Below, piece after piece: positions 13,030-26,560 of a stretch of DNA of 53,535 bases. Where the stretch lies: contig JAUCBJ010001515.1 of NCBI GenBank assembly GCA_032718475.1, forward strand, positions 1-53,535, given 5' to 3'. Made by a program: the position numbers and the translations under genes. Position 1 is the first letter of the stretch, and each line of letters begins with the position of its first letter. The notes beneath the pieces are model-generated. The model had not been told where the DNA came from. It searched no databases and worked only from the letters and a program-made list of their open reading frames with translations. This DNA is from Nemertoderma westbladi. Its lineage: Eukaryota; Animalia; Xenacoelomorpha.

Positions 13030-13258
13030 GGTGTTGGTGTATGTAACGTACCGGTATATGATATAGATTAAGTGTATAATAATAAAATTATATATATAAT
13101 AACATATAAAACAGTTACAGAGTTTGCTAATCTCACACCAGAATAGAGACAGAGAAACTTACAAACACTATGATACCGATATGCGTAAGACAATACAGCT
13201 ACAACACTAGACAGTCATGATCAATAGATCAATCATGATAAAACGTATAGAACCGAAC

Positions 13259-13675
13259 AAATCCTAAGAGCGTATGGAATACCAGAAGTAATTGTCGCTG
13301 GCATTGGATTGTTATATTGTGACACAGAAGCTGATATACCCTCACTAGATGGTGAAACTGAGTTCTTCTCAATCCTGGCTGGCGTCTGGGCGTACGGCAA
13401 GGTGACATATTGGCACCATTACTAAATTACTATTCATAATTGTACTGGATTACGCATTGGATTGAGGACGGCCATAAGAGTGAAGATCTGGGTTTCACAC
13501 TAAAAGAACGCAGAAGTACCGGTAGTAGATATCCGGCAACTACAGACACAAACACCGAATTTGCGGATGATATCGCCCTGCTATTGAACACTAGCAGATG
13601 CACAGCTTCTACTGAATAAAGTGGAGAGGGCTGTTAAGGAGGTTGGATTGAATATAAAAAGACATCAGAAATTCA
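13259..13675 (+). mobile_element. RTE-clade LINE reverse transcriptase fragment (decayed)
   Basis: KILRAYGIPEVIV...DGETEFFSILAGV..QGDILAP..FIIVLDYAL..LGFTLKERRS..RYPA..EFADDIALL..VKEVGLNI, with frameshifts; FADD catalytic motif. Confidence 0.85.
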
Positions 13676-13702
13676 TAAGGGTAGCCTATACAAACAGCCA
13701 AA

Positions 13703-13909
13703 TATACAAAGGGTAAAGCTGACCGTGCAGTGACGTAAAAATATTTGTGGTATAAGGTTATATTTCGGCCACAGGCCTTTATCCAAACCCAAATTGCCTG
13801 ACTACAGAGAAATAGGGCTAAATACATAAGTGCAGTCTTCTAACGCGCCAATTTCTCAAATATCTAAATATTTTTATGTCACTGCACGGTCAGCTTTATC
13901 CTTTGTATA
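13703..13909. mobile_element. Small MITE with ~44-bp TIRs
   Basis: TATACAAAGGGTAAAGCTGACCGTGCAGTGACGTAAAAATATTT and its near-perfect reverse complement ~160 bp downstream. Confidence 0.7.
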
Positions 13910-14542
13910 CAATGATAGCAACAGTGAAGGGGCACACACATACTTAAAGAAACAGCCAAATAGGGTCTCGCGGAAAAATTTAAACACAAATATCTATCCG
14001 TACCTTGCAATCTTGCATCTATGGCAAATTAAAGGTGTTCCAAATTACATAGGTATTTCTTAAGATAACAAGCTACGGTACAGTAAATCCTTCCGTACAA
14101 TTCCACATATCACATAGGCCTAGGCCTACTGGAACTGGACTGCAAACTGCAACAATGACTTCAGAAATTACAGCTTTCCAAATGAGTTAAAATATCTCGT
14201 CACCAAAAAACAAATTAGGCTATTACATTGCATTAAATTAAGACAAAAAACTGACAAATCTCATTCAATGGTCTCCATTATCAAAGTCACCCACACTACC
14301 AAAGTCACACAAGTCCCTAAAAGATGCCACCCTGCTCCATAGCGCGGGAAATTCAAATGATTGAAAGAAATGCAATTTGTACTGGAAAGGTTGGCAGTAT
14401 GGCAGATCAGATCAACCACCTATATTTTGGTGGTGAATTCTGTTAAAACATTGAATACATGAATAGAGTAAAACTAAATGTAATTCATTGAAGAATAAAC
14501 TATTTCTTATCGGTTAAATTAACTCATCCGTTATTGTTTTAT

Positions 14543-14684
14543 CTAGCCTGGGACTTCGAGCAGCACATGAACAACTAAACTGGCTGGTTACCTATTCTGG
14601 GACTTCGAGCAGCACGTGAACAACTAAGCTGACTGGTTAACTAGTCTGGGACTTCGACCAGCACGTGAACAACTAAACTGAACT
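14543..14684. repeat. 49-bp tandem repeat, ~3 copies
   Basis: CTGGGACTTCGAGCAGCACGTGAACAACTAA recurs at 14548, 14597 and 14646. Confidence 0.9.
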
Positions 14685-16251
14685 GTTATTACAGTAGGCC
14701 TACTGCACATGCAGTAGCAGTAGCTACTACAGTAAAAAGTTTACAGTATGAAGTCTACTGCTCTAGCTCCTTGACCTTTTAGTACGTACCCACGTACATT
14801 ATGTAGCACACTGTGTACAGCTTGTGATGGAAATATGATAATTCTGTCATTTGAATCAACCGCAAAAATTATATCCATTCACTGCGCCTTTCTATCATCT
14901 ATCATCTATCCACTTCATCATCATCGTGTCTGCACGGTACTTCACATAGCGCCCCATTTGGAGATCTCCAGTGAATGTTTGGATTTGACCTGACCAAATT
15001 GGTTTACTACGGAAGATCCGCAGTGGGCACACCTGAGCGGGTGTGGGCCACTCGGAATCCGACAAGGCGGCACACATATTGACATTTGGCGTATGTACAT
15101 TTCTTACAGTAGGGGGCCACTGCTGCACTGGGTTAAGAGTTTTTACGGTAGGCCTATACTTAATATGAACAAAAATAAGAAAGTGGTGGTGATGTATCTG
15201 AAAAATAAATAAATAAACGTGGCTCTTTGTCTCTCTCTCAAGTTGATTTGGATTAGGACAATGTGATACTTTTCACTCCTGCAATAATTCAGGTGGTTCG
15301 ATGAGACTGCTTAGGGGTGGGGGGGGGGGGGCTGCTTAAGTCTTGTGGATATTGTATAGTATAGTCTTGGTTTGTTTTTAATTATACTGTATTCATCCCT
15401 ATTGTTATATTATTCCTACCCCCCCCCCCCCCCCCCCCTCCATCTGATTATATTAATTACTAATAATAATATAATTCGTGATACTACACAAAAAGAGAGA
15501 ATGTAACAAAGAAATGAAAAGAAGGGCAATGTTATAGTAAATGGATTTGTGTTATGCAACACTCTGCAGCAGCTGCTGGCTCCGAGGTACCGGTAACTAA
15601 TTTTGTATAGCCTGGGACTACTGACTGTCTCTGGGTAGTATATTGAAGACATAAGTCTGTGAAGGGGAGATAATGTTAACTTTAGTTTTGATTTATGTTG
15701 TCAGCCAGGGGCGTCCTTCCGGTTCAATGAGTTATTGGGCAGATTTATCACATTGCAAGACTGTTTGATGCTTATGGAATATGTGTCAATGCTCAATGTA
15801 CTCAACGTAAACCTTTTGATTACCGTACTAATACACTGATACAGTAATATATATATTTTATTGATGCCGAAAGTTTTTATAATTATTGTGTTGTCGTTGT
15901 TGCTTTTATTTATACCTTACATATCTTATCCACTGTTTCCGTTTGTCTGTTTGTCCTAAATGTCTTATCATAATTACAATATTTTTTAGTAAAATTACAA
16001 TAATTTTGTGGTTGTTCGTTGTTGCATTTATACATTTTAACTCGTATCCAGTATCCACTATGTTTGTTAGTGCTAAATTTTACCATAATTATGTTGTAAA
16101 TATTGTAAATAGTGTTTCCAAACTATTGAAGGTCATTTTATTTATCTATGTTTTTTCTATTTTGTGCTGTTTTCAGATAAAAAACATTTTCTAGGACATG
16201 TTGAACATCATGTACTGCCAGGTTGGAATTTATGTAGAGTTTGCTCAACAT

Positions 16252-16373
16252 GTGTGGCGCGGATTAAGGATCCTGGCGCGTAGTGACAGGGGCGTGTGGC
16301 GCGGATTAAGGATCCTGGCGCGTAGTGACAGGGGCGTGTGGCGCGCATTGAGGATTCTGGCGGTCCTGGCGCG
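16252..16373. repeat. 42-bp tandem repeat, ~3 copies, next to a CAGGTTGGAATT hAT-like end at 16219
   Basis: GTGTGGCGCGGATTAAGGATCCTGGCGCGTAGTGACAGGGGC unit; the upstream end resembles the TIR of the 20831-26211 element. Confidence 0.8.
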
Positions 16374-19229
16374 AATATGGATGTACTGATGTAGGGTTAG
16401 GTTAGGACAGTCTGACAGTAGGAGGTTGCGTAGCAGTGCACTAGCAACACATCCCACTCTACAGCTCTATTCGAAATTATTCCATACAGCCATAGGTTTA
16501 AAAAGATTGAAAAATGTCCGCTCGCTTCACTCGCGTTTATACTGTAACTGCTGAACTGTAAGCCTACTCTTAGCACTGTCTGGCTGTGGACAAATGGAAA
16601 CAGACAGATTAAGCATGACCATTAAAAACATGACTTGTTTCAAAAGTTTTTCAATTGTCAGATTCTTCAAACCAATAAAACCATGACAGCCTGCATGATT
16701 CAGCAGAATTTCCGTGCTCGATACGCTCGCCAGCTCGCAATTTAATGACATCTGCATTTGAAAACAGTCGGTTTGCCTACTTTAAATTCTGAAATGTTAA
16801 AATTTTCGTGCTCGCTACGCTCGCATCTTGATCACATCTGCATTTAAAAACAGTCAGTTGATGTTGACCTACTACTAGGCCTACAACTACAGCACTATCT
16901 GACTATTACTGTCAGACTGTATTTATGTTTAACATAATTGGAAAATTTCCTTGCTCGCTACGCTCGCATTTTAATGTTAAAATACTGTAGGGCTGCAGCA
17001 TTATAAACTGATAAATTATTAAAATTTAGCAATTACTGCAAAATTTCATAGTCAATTGTTGGCTTGGCGCGCATTAGATATCATGGCTGGCGCGATTTTC
17101 GTTTAACCAGAACGCGTGTGGCGCGCTTTTTGTCAGTCTTCCATATAGGATGTACTGTACATATGTTTGTTGCCATTACCTTTTCCTACTTTATATGTTA
17201 TATTTTAATGATATACTTAGTGCCTGTTTTAACTGATTTAACATCAAATAAAAAAATTCAAATTCCAATGTTAAAACAGATTTGAATTTACCGCCAAAAT
17301 ATAGGTGGCAGATCTAAATCTACCACCCTTTCTGCTTTCCAGTACAGCCTGACAGCAGTACAAATTACATGTCTTTCAATCATTTGAATTTCCCGCGCTA
17401 TGGAGCAGGATGGCACCTTTTAGGGACTTGTCCAAACTGCAAACTGCCAAAGTCACCCCACTTCCAGACTTCTGCACTTGATGAGGCTGTGATGGGTAGG
17501 CCTACAGCGCTACAGCCTACAGCTGTACAGGGCTGCAGGGTACCGGTAAATTACGGTATAGAAAACAAATAATCTATGTTGGAGTAGGCCTACAAGTCCT
17601 GAAGTCCAAAATTTAAGACTTTGTAAGGCTAAGGAATTTCAAATTTGGCGAGCTAACCCTATCGGTCTGTCGGTACCGGTCAGCTGGTACTGCATTTTGG
17701 CATTAGGCCCACTGCAGACTGCAGCACCGTAACTCAGTAACTAGACTGACCTGCTGACTGACAGACTGAGGTTGGCGTGCATGCCTGCAAGCGTGAAAAG
17801 CTAAACACATATCCTGATATCAGCTCAGCATATCTGCATATGCCATATGCTGATATCAGGATATCAGGATATGGCGATATGCAGATATGAGCGTGTCAGC
17901 GTGCAGGCAGGCAGGTGCAAGTGTACAACTCGAATCTAAAAACGCGGGTGTCTGGAACTCAGCAATGCCGAAACGTGAAACGGAACAACCAGACAACAGG
18001 CAGACAGGACAAAAGTCCTGCAAACTGCAGTTAACTGGCCTGCTGGCTGACTGGCAAACGCAAACCATCAGATCAGACCATTAGCAGAGTACTGGAGTAT
18101 GGACAGATGGAGTACAGAGAAGGTACTGGCAGACTGGAGTAGTCCGGTCAGCGAAACAGCCAGTTCTGCCTGTCTGCAGTTACTGGTTACAGCCAGTCGG
18201 TGAGAAGTCAAAAATTGGACTTGAGTCCAAAATTGGACTTCGACTCCAGTTCAAGTCCAAAATTGGACTTCTGTGAGTCCAATATTGGACTTCAAATCAG
18301 TCAATTGTTCCAGGGCCTTGGGTAATTGGATCGGGCGGGATTTTTTTTCTTTAATCGAAAATATATCAAAAAATAAGAGTTTTGAACAGGGGGACCTGAA
18401 ATTCACCAGGGGGAACTTTTTTTATAAGGCTTTGAATTTTTACAAAAGTCCAATATTGGACTTTAAGTCCAATTTTGGACGTGACATTGAGAATCGAACT
18501 TAAAGGTACATGAAGCATGACAGGTGAGAGACAGCCAGACAGCTGTTAAGTTATGGAAAGTTACCGTTGCAGCTCTGTATGTATCTGCAGTGTAATGACT
18601 GTACTGTACTTAGAATATAATGGTACATTCTAGCATTCTAGGTACTTTGTACTTTACTTTTAGCATGTTGTTTAGTTTACAATTTACATTCATGTTATGT
18701 CTAACCTTACAGCCTTATGTACCCAGGACTTTATAGTGTCTTTAGGACTAGATTAGATTATGCTCCAACAAATATTTAATTACAAATTATATTTGGTGGA
18801 TACTGGTAGCAATGCCAGGTTAGCCAACTGCAGCTGCTGCTAAGGCTAACTACAGTACAAGCTACGATTTCGTCTAAGGCTATGGGAGCCCGAGAAAGAA
18901 ATACTACAAGTTGATGCTACCACCATCTCTTCTAATTTTTCCATACAACAGGAAGGGTATTATAAAACGGCTGGATAACAGGATAATGAAATGGGATTAG
19001 TAACTGATTAACGTGTTGGGGTCTCCACATAATAAGTACAGAAGTAACAAGTAACACACGTCATAATCATAAACCAATTGAGGGAAAGGAACAGGTTACA
19101 AAGGCAGGCTTTTCTAACTAAAACAATAAACGCCCACTTTTGACTTTACCAATTGAAGGAGCCCTATAACCTCACCACATACTACTACTACAATCGGCAT
19201 GATTCATTGCAGCTGCATTATATATATAT

Positions 19230-19560
19230 AGGCCCTATTATGTATTAAGATTGCTGTGCCGGCTTGTTGACAAAAGTGCGCCTCCACAACTCCCTTACAC
19301 TCTTACAGCCTTATCACCCATGACATTTGCTAGATCATCCGCATCTTCAAGGCCAGTGCCCTTTAAGACAGTAAGAAAGATGCATCTCAAGAAAGTCATG
19401 GGCTGTCCACCATGCTTATTCACTCCATGAGGTGCACTGGCTGGTCCTCACGGCTTAAAGCGATGTCCTGCAAAGCGGAGGCGGTTTTGTTCTAGTGTCA
19501 AGCTTGGGGGAACCAATGACTGAATGAGACACCTCCAACTCCAATGTTATATTATAGTGT
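19230..19560 (-). mobile_element. RTE LINE 3'-end relic carried inside family A (second copy at ~27640-27970)
   Basis: NRLRFAGHRF..EDQPVHL...LKGTGLEDADDLANVMGDK..LWR resembles the RTE ORF2 C-terminus; followed by a (TAG)n-type tail. Confidence 0.65.
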
Positions 19561-22274
19561 CTGGTTGGAGATGCAGAGATGTGTGCATTGTACTTGACAC
19601 AGTGAACCTAATCAAAACAATAAATTAGTCAATAAACATTATCTCAATAACATAATAGGTTACAGTTTACAGTAGTCTTATTTTTGCCATACGAAAATAC
19701 CACAGGTATGGCAGTATGGGTCTGTGGGTATGAATGAACTATACAGCTATAACTCAACCAGTCTGGTTCCCGGCTTAATTTGACATTATGTCAAATTTGA
19801 CATGAGGCATGTCAAATTTGTCACTAATGTCAAAATTGCCATTTCGTTGTTTAAATTCTATCTATAGGCATAGTTAAAAGACAGATGTCATGGCAAATAC
19901 GGGTAGTTGGTAGTTGATAGTACTTACCTTACTGCCTTACTGACTTAATAGTTAAACAAATAGTTAATAGTAGGCCCTACTTTCTTTATGCTTTAGTTGT
20001 ATTCAGTAAAAATATAATCAGGCAATGTACGTGTACGAGCAATCCCTCTGTGAGCAAGTCGAGTTCGATGGAAATGCTACATGATATGCCTGCCTATCCC
20101 ATGTGTAGCGACCGGGTAAAAACAGAAGCAATTGTAAAATTAACTGCGGAGCAACTGCGAGAAAAATTGATAGATATTTTGTCTAATTCAGTAATTGGCA
20201 GTCTGATTTCGTAGAATACTCAGAACTCCTTAAATTGTCCAAGAAAAAACAAGAACTAGTCGATTTGTACTTCCAAATCCAACAAGATATGAGCAATAGG
20301 TACCATAGAAGACTGATGAATAGTCTGTTCTGAATTGTATTGATATTGAGTTCCGAAATTGCTTTAGATATAATATACTGATATAACAATGATTTGTGAT
20401 TTTAACAAATCAAGCCGGCACAGCATTCTTAAAAATGCAGCTGCAATGCAGCATGCCGATCCTAGTAGTAGTAGTAGTGATCTTTAAATAATTTACAGAT
20501 TCTTGTTTATTGTTAAAGATTGAGATTAAAGATTGCGAGTTAGTTATTAAATGTCATTTCCATGATTTCTATGCAGTCAGCTTTCAATCTTAACCTATGT
20601 TTGGCTCTGTCTCGCCGCAATATAAAATTTATATAATTGATTAATTGACCCCTCACTCACCCCCCTTCCATTCGAAATAATAATGCCATATATAATTAAA
20701 CTACGGTAAGCTATGACTGTATGAATGGTGAACTGAACTGTTATTTATCAAGTTAAATTAGGTTACTATTATTGTTATATTTGTTTTTATTATTGTTTAT
20801 TATTATGGTTTTATTATTGTTATTGTTAGTCCAGGTTGGAATTCATGCTGCAAAACTCGGACGCGTACCTGCGCGAATGACCGCAAACCAGATGCGCGTT
20901 GCGCGTTTGGGTGAGACAGGTGCGCGTTCGGGTGTGAGACAGGTGCGCGTTGCGCCTCAGCGCACAGCTCTGCCTCTGATGCGCACCACAAATTAATTGA
21001 AATCACGAAAATACACAAAAAATGCTATGCTATGCCGATGTTACGTTAGTAAACAGGTAAAGTCAGAAAGTAACAATGTATTATAAGTATGACTTAATTA
21101 TAAGCCAACTGTATGTTTAAGCCTAATTGTTAGGTAGGCCTATACAAAGTATTATTGGCAGACTGGTACCTATTTCAATATTCGTTTTTTTTTAAATTAC
21201 CGGTACATGTTTTGTTTGTAATCTAAAATAATATTTTCTGTTATAAAAGCAGTGAGCCCGATGGGCCACCAGTAGTGGATTAAAAAAATATTTTTTAATA
21301 TTAACAATTTTGATGTTGCAAAAATTACATTTATTATGTAAGCCTAGATTCAACGTACAGACAGACAGACGTAAAGATAAGCTTAAAACGCTCAAACTTG
21401 TAAAATAGGAATGTAAAATTGTTCTTATGAACTGTGCGATTTTTTGAGATATGCATGACATGAGCTACGCGATTTTGTTGGGTCCTACTAAATACCCAAC
21501 TTTACCCAACTCCACCCAACTTTACCCAACTTTACCCAATTTTACCCAACTTTTTACCCAACTTTACCCAACTATACCACACTTTACCCAATACCACCCA
21601 ACTTTACCCAATCAATTACCCAATCCACTTTACCCAACCAGTAGGGAACATACCCTTAAATAAGCTCCAAAAGTGGGTTCTTATTTAAGGAAAATGGCTC
21701 TTATTTAGGGGTTTTTGGGCCTTTTTTGGATATTTTTTCGACATAATATGCAAGAACTTGTTTCAGTAAAAAATACCGCATAATTTTATTTCACAATATA
21801 AAAGTTGGTTCTTTCTTGAACATAATGCAAAAAACCAGAAAACATTTCACCGTCCGGTTTTTTTTCTACAAGCGTTTTAAAATTGCATCAAAAATACGAC
21901 CAGTTCCTAAATAAGAGGGATTTTTTAAATTTACCTTATTTAAGACATCGAAATTGTACACATAAATACTAAAAGTCCTTAAATAAGAACTTTTTGACAT
22001 GGGTTTCTTATTTAGGTATACAATTTCATTCCAAAATCTGCATATTCCTTAAATAAATTAAATATTTCTCATTTCTCATATATTAAATTAAATAAATTAA
22101 ATTAAATATCCTATATAATGTCTCTTATAACCTCGTCTCCCAGCCCCGTCTTCCTTCTGCCCTTATCTGCTTATGACAGTTATGACCTACCTGCGTGCCT
22201 AACCTTGACAGGACATTGCAAGATGCTGCTGAGATAATGGAGCTTCTGAGCTTAATTGGATAGGTGCAAAAATG

Positions 22275-23960
22275 CACAACGAGCAACAATGACCAACTAT
22301 AAGCAACAACGAGCAACAAATGAACAATGAGTAACAAAACAACGAGCAACAAGGAGCAACAACGAGTAACATTGTGCAACAATGAGCAATAATAAAGTAC
22401 CGGTACAACAACGAGCAATAATGAGGAACAACGACTGAACGAGCAACAATGAGCAACAACGAGTAACAATGATCAACTACGAACTACGAGTAACATTGAG
22501 CAACAATGAGCAACAACGAGCAAAGGTGAGCAATAATAAAGTACAACAACGAGCAACAGCGAGAAACAGCGAGCAACAATGAGGAACCACGACTGAACGA
22601 GCAATAATAAAGTACAACAACGAGAAACAACGACCAATAATTAGGACACAGGAACAACGAGTAACAATGAGCAACAATGACAATGAGTAACAACGAGTAA
22701 CATTGAGCAATAATAATTTTAATAAAGTATAACAACGAGTAACATTGAGCAACAACGAGCAACAATGAGAAATACTGAGCAACAATGAGCAATAATAAAG
22801 AACAACAACGAGCAACAATGAACAACAACGAGAAACAACGAGCGATAATGAGCAACAACGACTGAACGAGCAACAACGAGTTATATTGAGCAACAACGAG
22901 TTATATTGAGCAACAATGAGCAATAACAAAGTACAACAACGAGCAACAATGAGCAACAACGACTGAACGAGCAACAACGAGTAATATTGAGCAACAATGA
23001 GCAATAATAAAGTACAACAACGAGAAACAACGAGCAACAATGAGGAACAACGATTGAACGAGCAATAATAAAGTACAACAACGAGCAACAATGAGTAACA
23101 ATGCGCAATAATGAGCAACAACGAGCAATAATAGAGTACAACGAGCAACAATGAGCAATAATAAAGAACAACAACGAGCAACAATGAGCAACAACGAGAA
23201 ACAATGAGCAATAATGAGCAACAACGACTGAACGAGCAACAACGAGTTATATTGAGCAACAACGAGTTATATTGAGCAACAATGAGCAATAATAAAGTAC
23301 AACAACGAGCAACAATGAGCAACAACGAGTAATATTGAGCAACAATGAGCAATAATAAAGTACAACAACGAGAAACAACGAGCAACAATGAGGAACAACG
23401 AGCAAAAGTGAGCAATAATAAAGTACAACAACGAGCAACAATGAGAAACAGCGAGCAACAATGAGGAACAACGACTGAACGAGCAATAATAAAGTACAAC
23501 AACGAGAAACAACGACCAATAATTAGGACACAGGAACAACGAGTAACAATGAGCTACAATGACAATGAGTAACAACGAGTAACATTGAGCAATAATAATT
23601 TTAATAAAGTATAACAACGAGTAACATTGAGCAACAACGAGCAACAATGAGAAATACTGAGCAACAATGAGCAACAACGAGTAATATTGAGCAACAATGA
23701 GCAATAATAAAGTACAACAACGAGAAACAACGAGCAACAATGAGGAACAACGATTGAACGAGCAATAATAAAGTGCAACAACGAGCAACAATGAGTAACA
23801 AAATACAATAATGAGCAACAGCGAGCAATAATACAACTAACGAGCAACAATGAGCACCAACAAGCAGCAATGAGCAACAATGACCAACAATGAGGAAAAA
23901 TGACCAACAACGAGAAATAATAAAGCACAACGAGCAGCAATGAGCAAGAACGAGCAACAA
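22275..23960. repeat. Complex CAA-rich minisatellite
   Basis: Mosaic of CAACGAG, CAATGAG and CAATAATAAAGTACAA words with larger block duplications (TTAGGACACAGGAAC at 22641 and 23523); source of the many spurious minus-strand ORFs. Confidence 0.95.
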
Positions 23961-23982
23961 ACTGCGTCGAACCGGATTGAAT

Positions 23983-24331
23983 GTGGGGGAGAGCCACGTT
24001 CAAGTGAGCGAAGCCTTAGCTGGGGAACTATTATATGGGTGCTATTAACGAGTTGTCTGTCGTTGTTGTAAATTTTTTATCGCTAATAACTCGGTCATTC
24101 CTTGATGAAATTAAACGAAATTTAGTATGTATGTAGTCTGTCAAAAGATTAGAAATAATCTGAAGTTTGGTAAAAAACAAACGAACGCAATGAGGCAAAT
24201 ACGGAGACGAGTATTGTGTTGAACGACCTCTGACTAACGAAAGACAACATGTTAATGGGGTGGGGCCCCTATCAGCTAGGGTTAGCTAAGGCTTTGCTCA
24301 CTTCATGCTGCGCAAAGGTCCCACGAACGTG
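23983..24331 (+). mobile_element. Short Helentron/DINE-like non-autonomous element
   Basis: Starts GTGGGGGAGAGCCACG, has an internal inverted repeat AAGTGAGCGAAGCCTTAGCT / AGCTAAGGCTTTGCTCACTT and ends TGCTGCGCAAAGGTCCCAC, matching both ends of the 31071-32390 element. Confidence 0.6.
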
Positions 24332-26560
24332 TCCCACTCCTGCCTGAGCCAGTTGAGCCAAAACGTCATCCAGTCCTTCAGTCATCATCTTTAACCTTCA
24401 TAACGTCTATCAGCTGCCTGACCGAACCATCTTTGTTCCTATTGACATGACATTGACATTGGTTTTTCACTTTTTTCACACCTTTCAAGTACAACATTGT
24501 GGACAATCCATCTAAGTGGGGCGTAACGCGGAGCAGAAGAGGAATTGCAGGACACAAGTTCGTTTTTCGAAACTGTGCGGTGATGTCCAGTTACTTGAGT
24601 CATGTCTCATCGAAATACGTGACAATGTATGTGCGGTGCGCTCAGATGCTGAGATGGGCGATGGGCTATTCTTTTGAATATCAATGGGCTATTCTATACT
24701 ACCATGTGAGGTAAGAATGCCAGTGCTAGCAACTTCATTATGATACGATATTCTATAGAGGATTTATAGAGTGCAGTGCAACCATAGTCCTTATCCTTAA
24801 CCCAACAATTAGTAATATACAGAATGACATAAATCAGAGAATTATGAAAGAAGTGTAACACATACTGTAAGGACTGAAGGAATAAGGAATATTTATTTTA
24901 TTTAAGGAATGTGCAGATTTTGGGATACAATTGTATTCCTAAATAAGAAACCCAGGTCAAAAAGTTATTATTTAGGGACTTTTAGTATTTATGTGTACAA
25001 TTTCGATATCTTAAATAAGGTAAATTTAAAAAATCCCCCTTATTTAGGAACTAGTCGTATTTTTGATGCAATTTTAAAACGCTTGTAGAAAAAAAACCGG
25101 ACGGTGAAATGTTTTCTGGTTTTTTGCTTTATGTTCAAGAAAGACCCAACTTTTACATTGTGAAATAAAATTATGCGGTATTTTTTCCTGAAACAAGTTA
25201 TTGCATATTATATCGAAAAAATATCCAAAAAAGGCCCAAAAACCCCTAAATAAGAGCCATTTTCCTTAAATAAGAACCCACTTTTGGAGCTTATTTAAGG
25301 GTATGTTCCCTACTGCCAACTTTACCCAATACCACCCAACTTTACCCAATCATTTCAATCCATCAATCCATCATCAGGCCTAATCAATTAGTCAGTTAGT
25401 TCAGTAGTTAGGCCTATCTACCATATCCAATCTGCCAATGGCTGATTGGAGTGGAGGCAAGGCTGCAGAGGGAAACTTGATGCATATCTCAACCTGAATG
25501 TTAAATTCTCAATTTAGGGAAAGGAACAGGTTATAGTGGCACGTTATTCTAACCAAAACAATAAACTAAAGTCTATTCTATAGAACATCACCTCCCCGAA
25601 ATGCACCCTCATACAGCCATATTGATCATTTTATTGATGTCTGGATGTGTTATGTTCAGATGTTATGATTATAAGTACTGGCTGACTGGAGTATGACTAT
25701 ACAGCTATAAACATGAAGCCATTGCTGCATAGGCCTACACTGATACAAACCATTCCTACTATGACCTACTGTATTGTATTACAGCTGTACAGTCTGACAG
25801 TTACTGCAGTATTAAACTGCCAGACAGACTGCTGGAATGCTACTGTCAGACAGTAGGCCTACTGGTCCGGTACTGTAGTAAGTAAGTAAGCCTTCTGCTG
25901 TACTGTATTGCATCACTGGTCGGCAGATAGGTAGTTGGGTATTCGATTGGGTAAAGTTGGGTAAAGTTGGGTGGTATTGGGTAAAGTGGGGTAAAGTTGG
26001 GTAAAGTTGGGTAAAAAGTTGGGTAAAGTGGGGTAAAGTTGGGTAAGTTTGGGTAAAGTTGGGTAGATTTGGGTAAAGTTGGGTAATTAGTAGGACCGAT
26101 TTTGTTTGGATTATGACATATGATGAGGTGCGCGACGAGCCAATTTCAGGTGCGCGGTGATTTCAAAACAACAAAGCGTACCTGCGCGCTCATGCATGAA
26201 TTCCAACCTGGTTGTTAGTTACAGTTATTTTATTAAACTGTTATTTAAGGGGGGGGGGGGGGGGGGGGGGACTGGACGCAATAAAATTGCATCCCTCTCC
26301 AGGCAGCCAGGGGAAATTGGACAGAATTAACAGTTGATTACTCTCAAAAATTAAACTGTAACCTGACAACCTGTTCTATTGTGTTTAGTATATTGTTTTG
26401 GTTAATATAATGTGCCTTTGTAACCTGCTCCTTTCAGCCTTTCCAGAAGGAATCCGTAATTAAATATCCCATTTTTCATTTCATCAGTTGTCCAGTTTAA
26501 AATATAAAGGTATAATAATTAAAATTGATGTTGGATCAATTAAACAGATTTAATAATAAA

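Larger units (their letters stand above)
14309..17431. mobile_element. ~3.1-kb non-autonomous TIR element with nested repeats
   Basis: ~130-150-bp TIRs beginning ACAAGTCCCTAAAAGATGCCA and ending TGGCACCTTTTAGGGACTTGT; TSD ambiguous (CCAAAGTCAC-like words on both sides). Confidence 0.75.
21639..25315. mobile_element. Long-TIR element family F (fifth layer)
   Basis: ~415-bp highly similar TIRs starting CAGTAGGGAACATACCC and ending GGGTATGTTCCCTACTG; 5-bp TSD CCAAC (21634-21638, 25316-25320). Confidence 0.92.
21481..26097. mobile_element. Foldback/Mutator-like element with TIRs of 10-bp tandem repeats (fourth layer)
   Basis: Ends GGTCCTACTAA / TTAGTAGGACC; arms of (TTTACCCAAC)n and (GTTGGGTAAA)n; flanking duplication GATTTTGTT (21471-21479, 26098-26106); left boundary uncertain by 1 bp. 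Confidence 0.85.
20831..26211. mobile_element. hAT-like non-autonomous element (third layer)
   Basis: Perfect 18-bp TIR CCAGGTTGGAATTCATGC; 8-bp TSD TTGTTAGT (20823-20830, 26212-26219). Confidence 0.9.

Noticed and set aside
22125-24003. Many long hydrophobic or Cys-rich ORFs
   Set aside because: Artefacts of a stop-poor strand of the CAA-rich minisatellite; they overlap in all three frames.
25930-26090. Telomere-like (GTTGGGTAAA)n array
   Set aside because: It is the right arm of a TIR element with an inverted partner at 21490-21638 and 25316-25350 and a flanking duplication.
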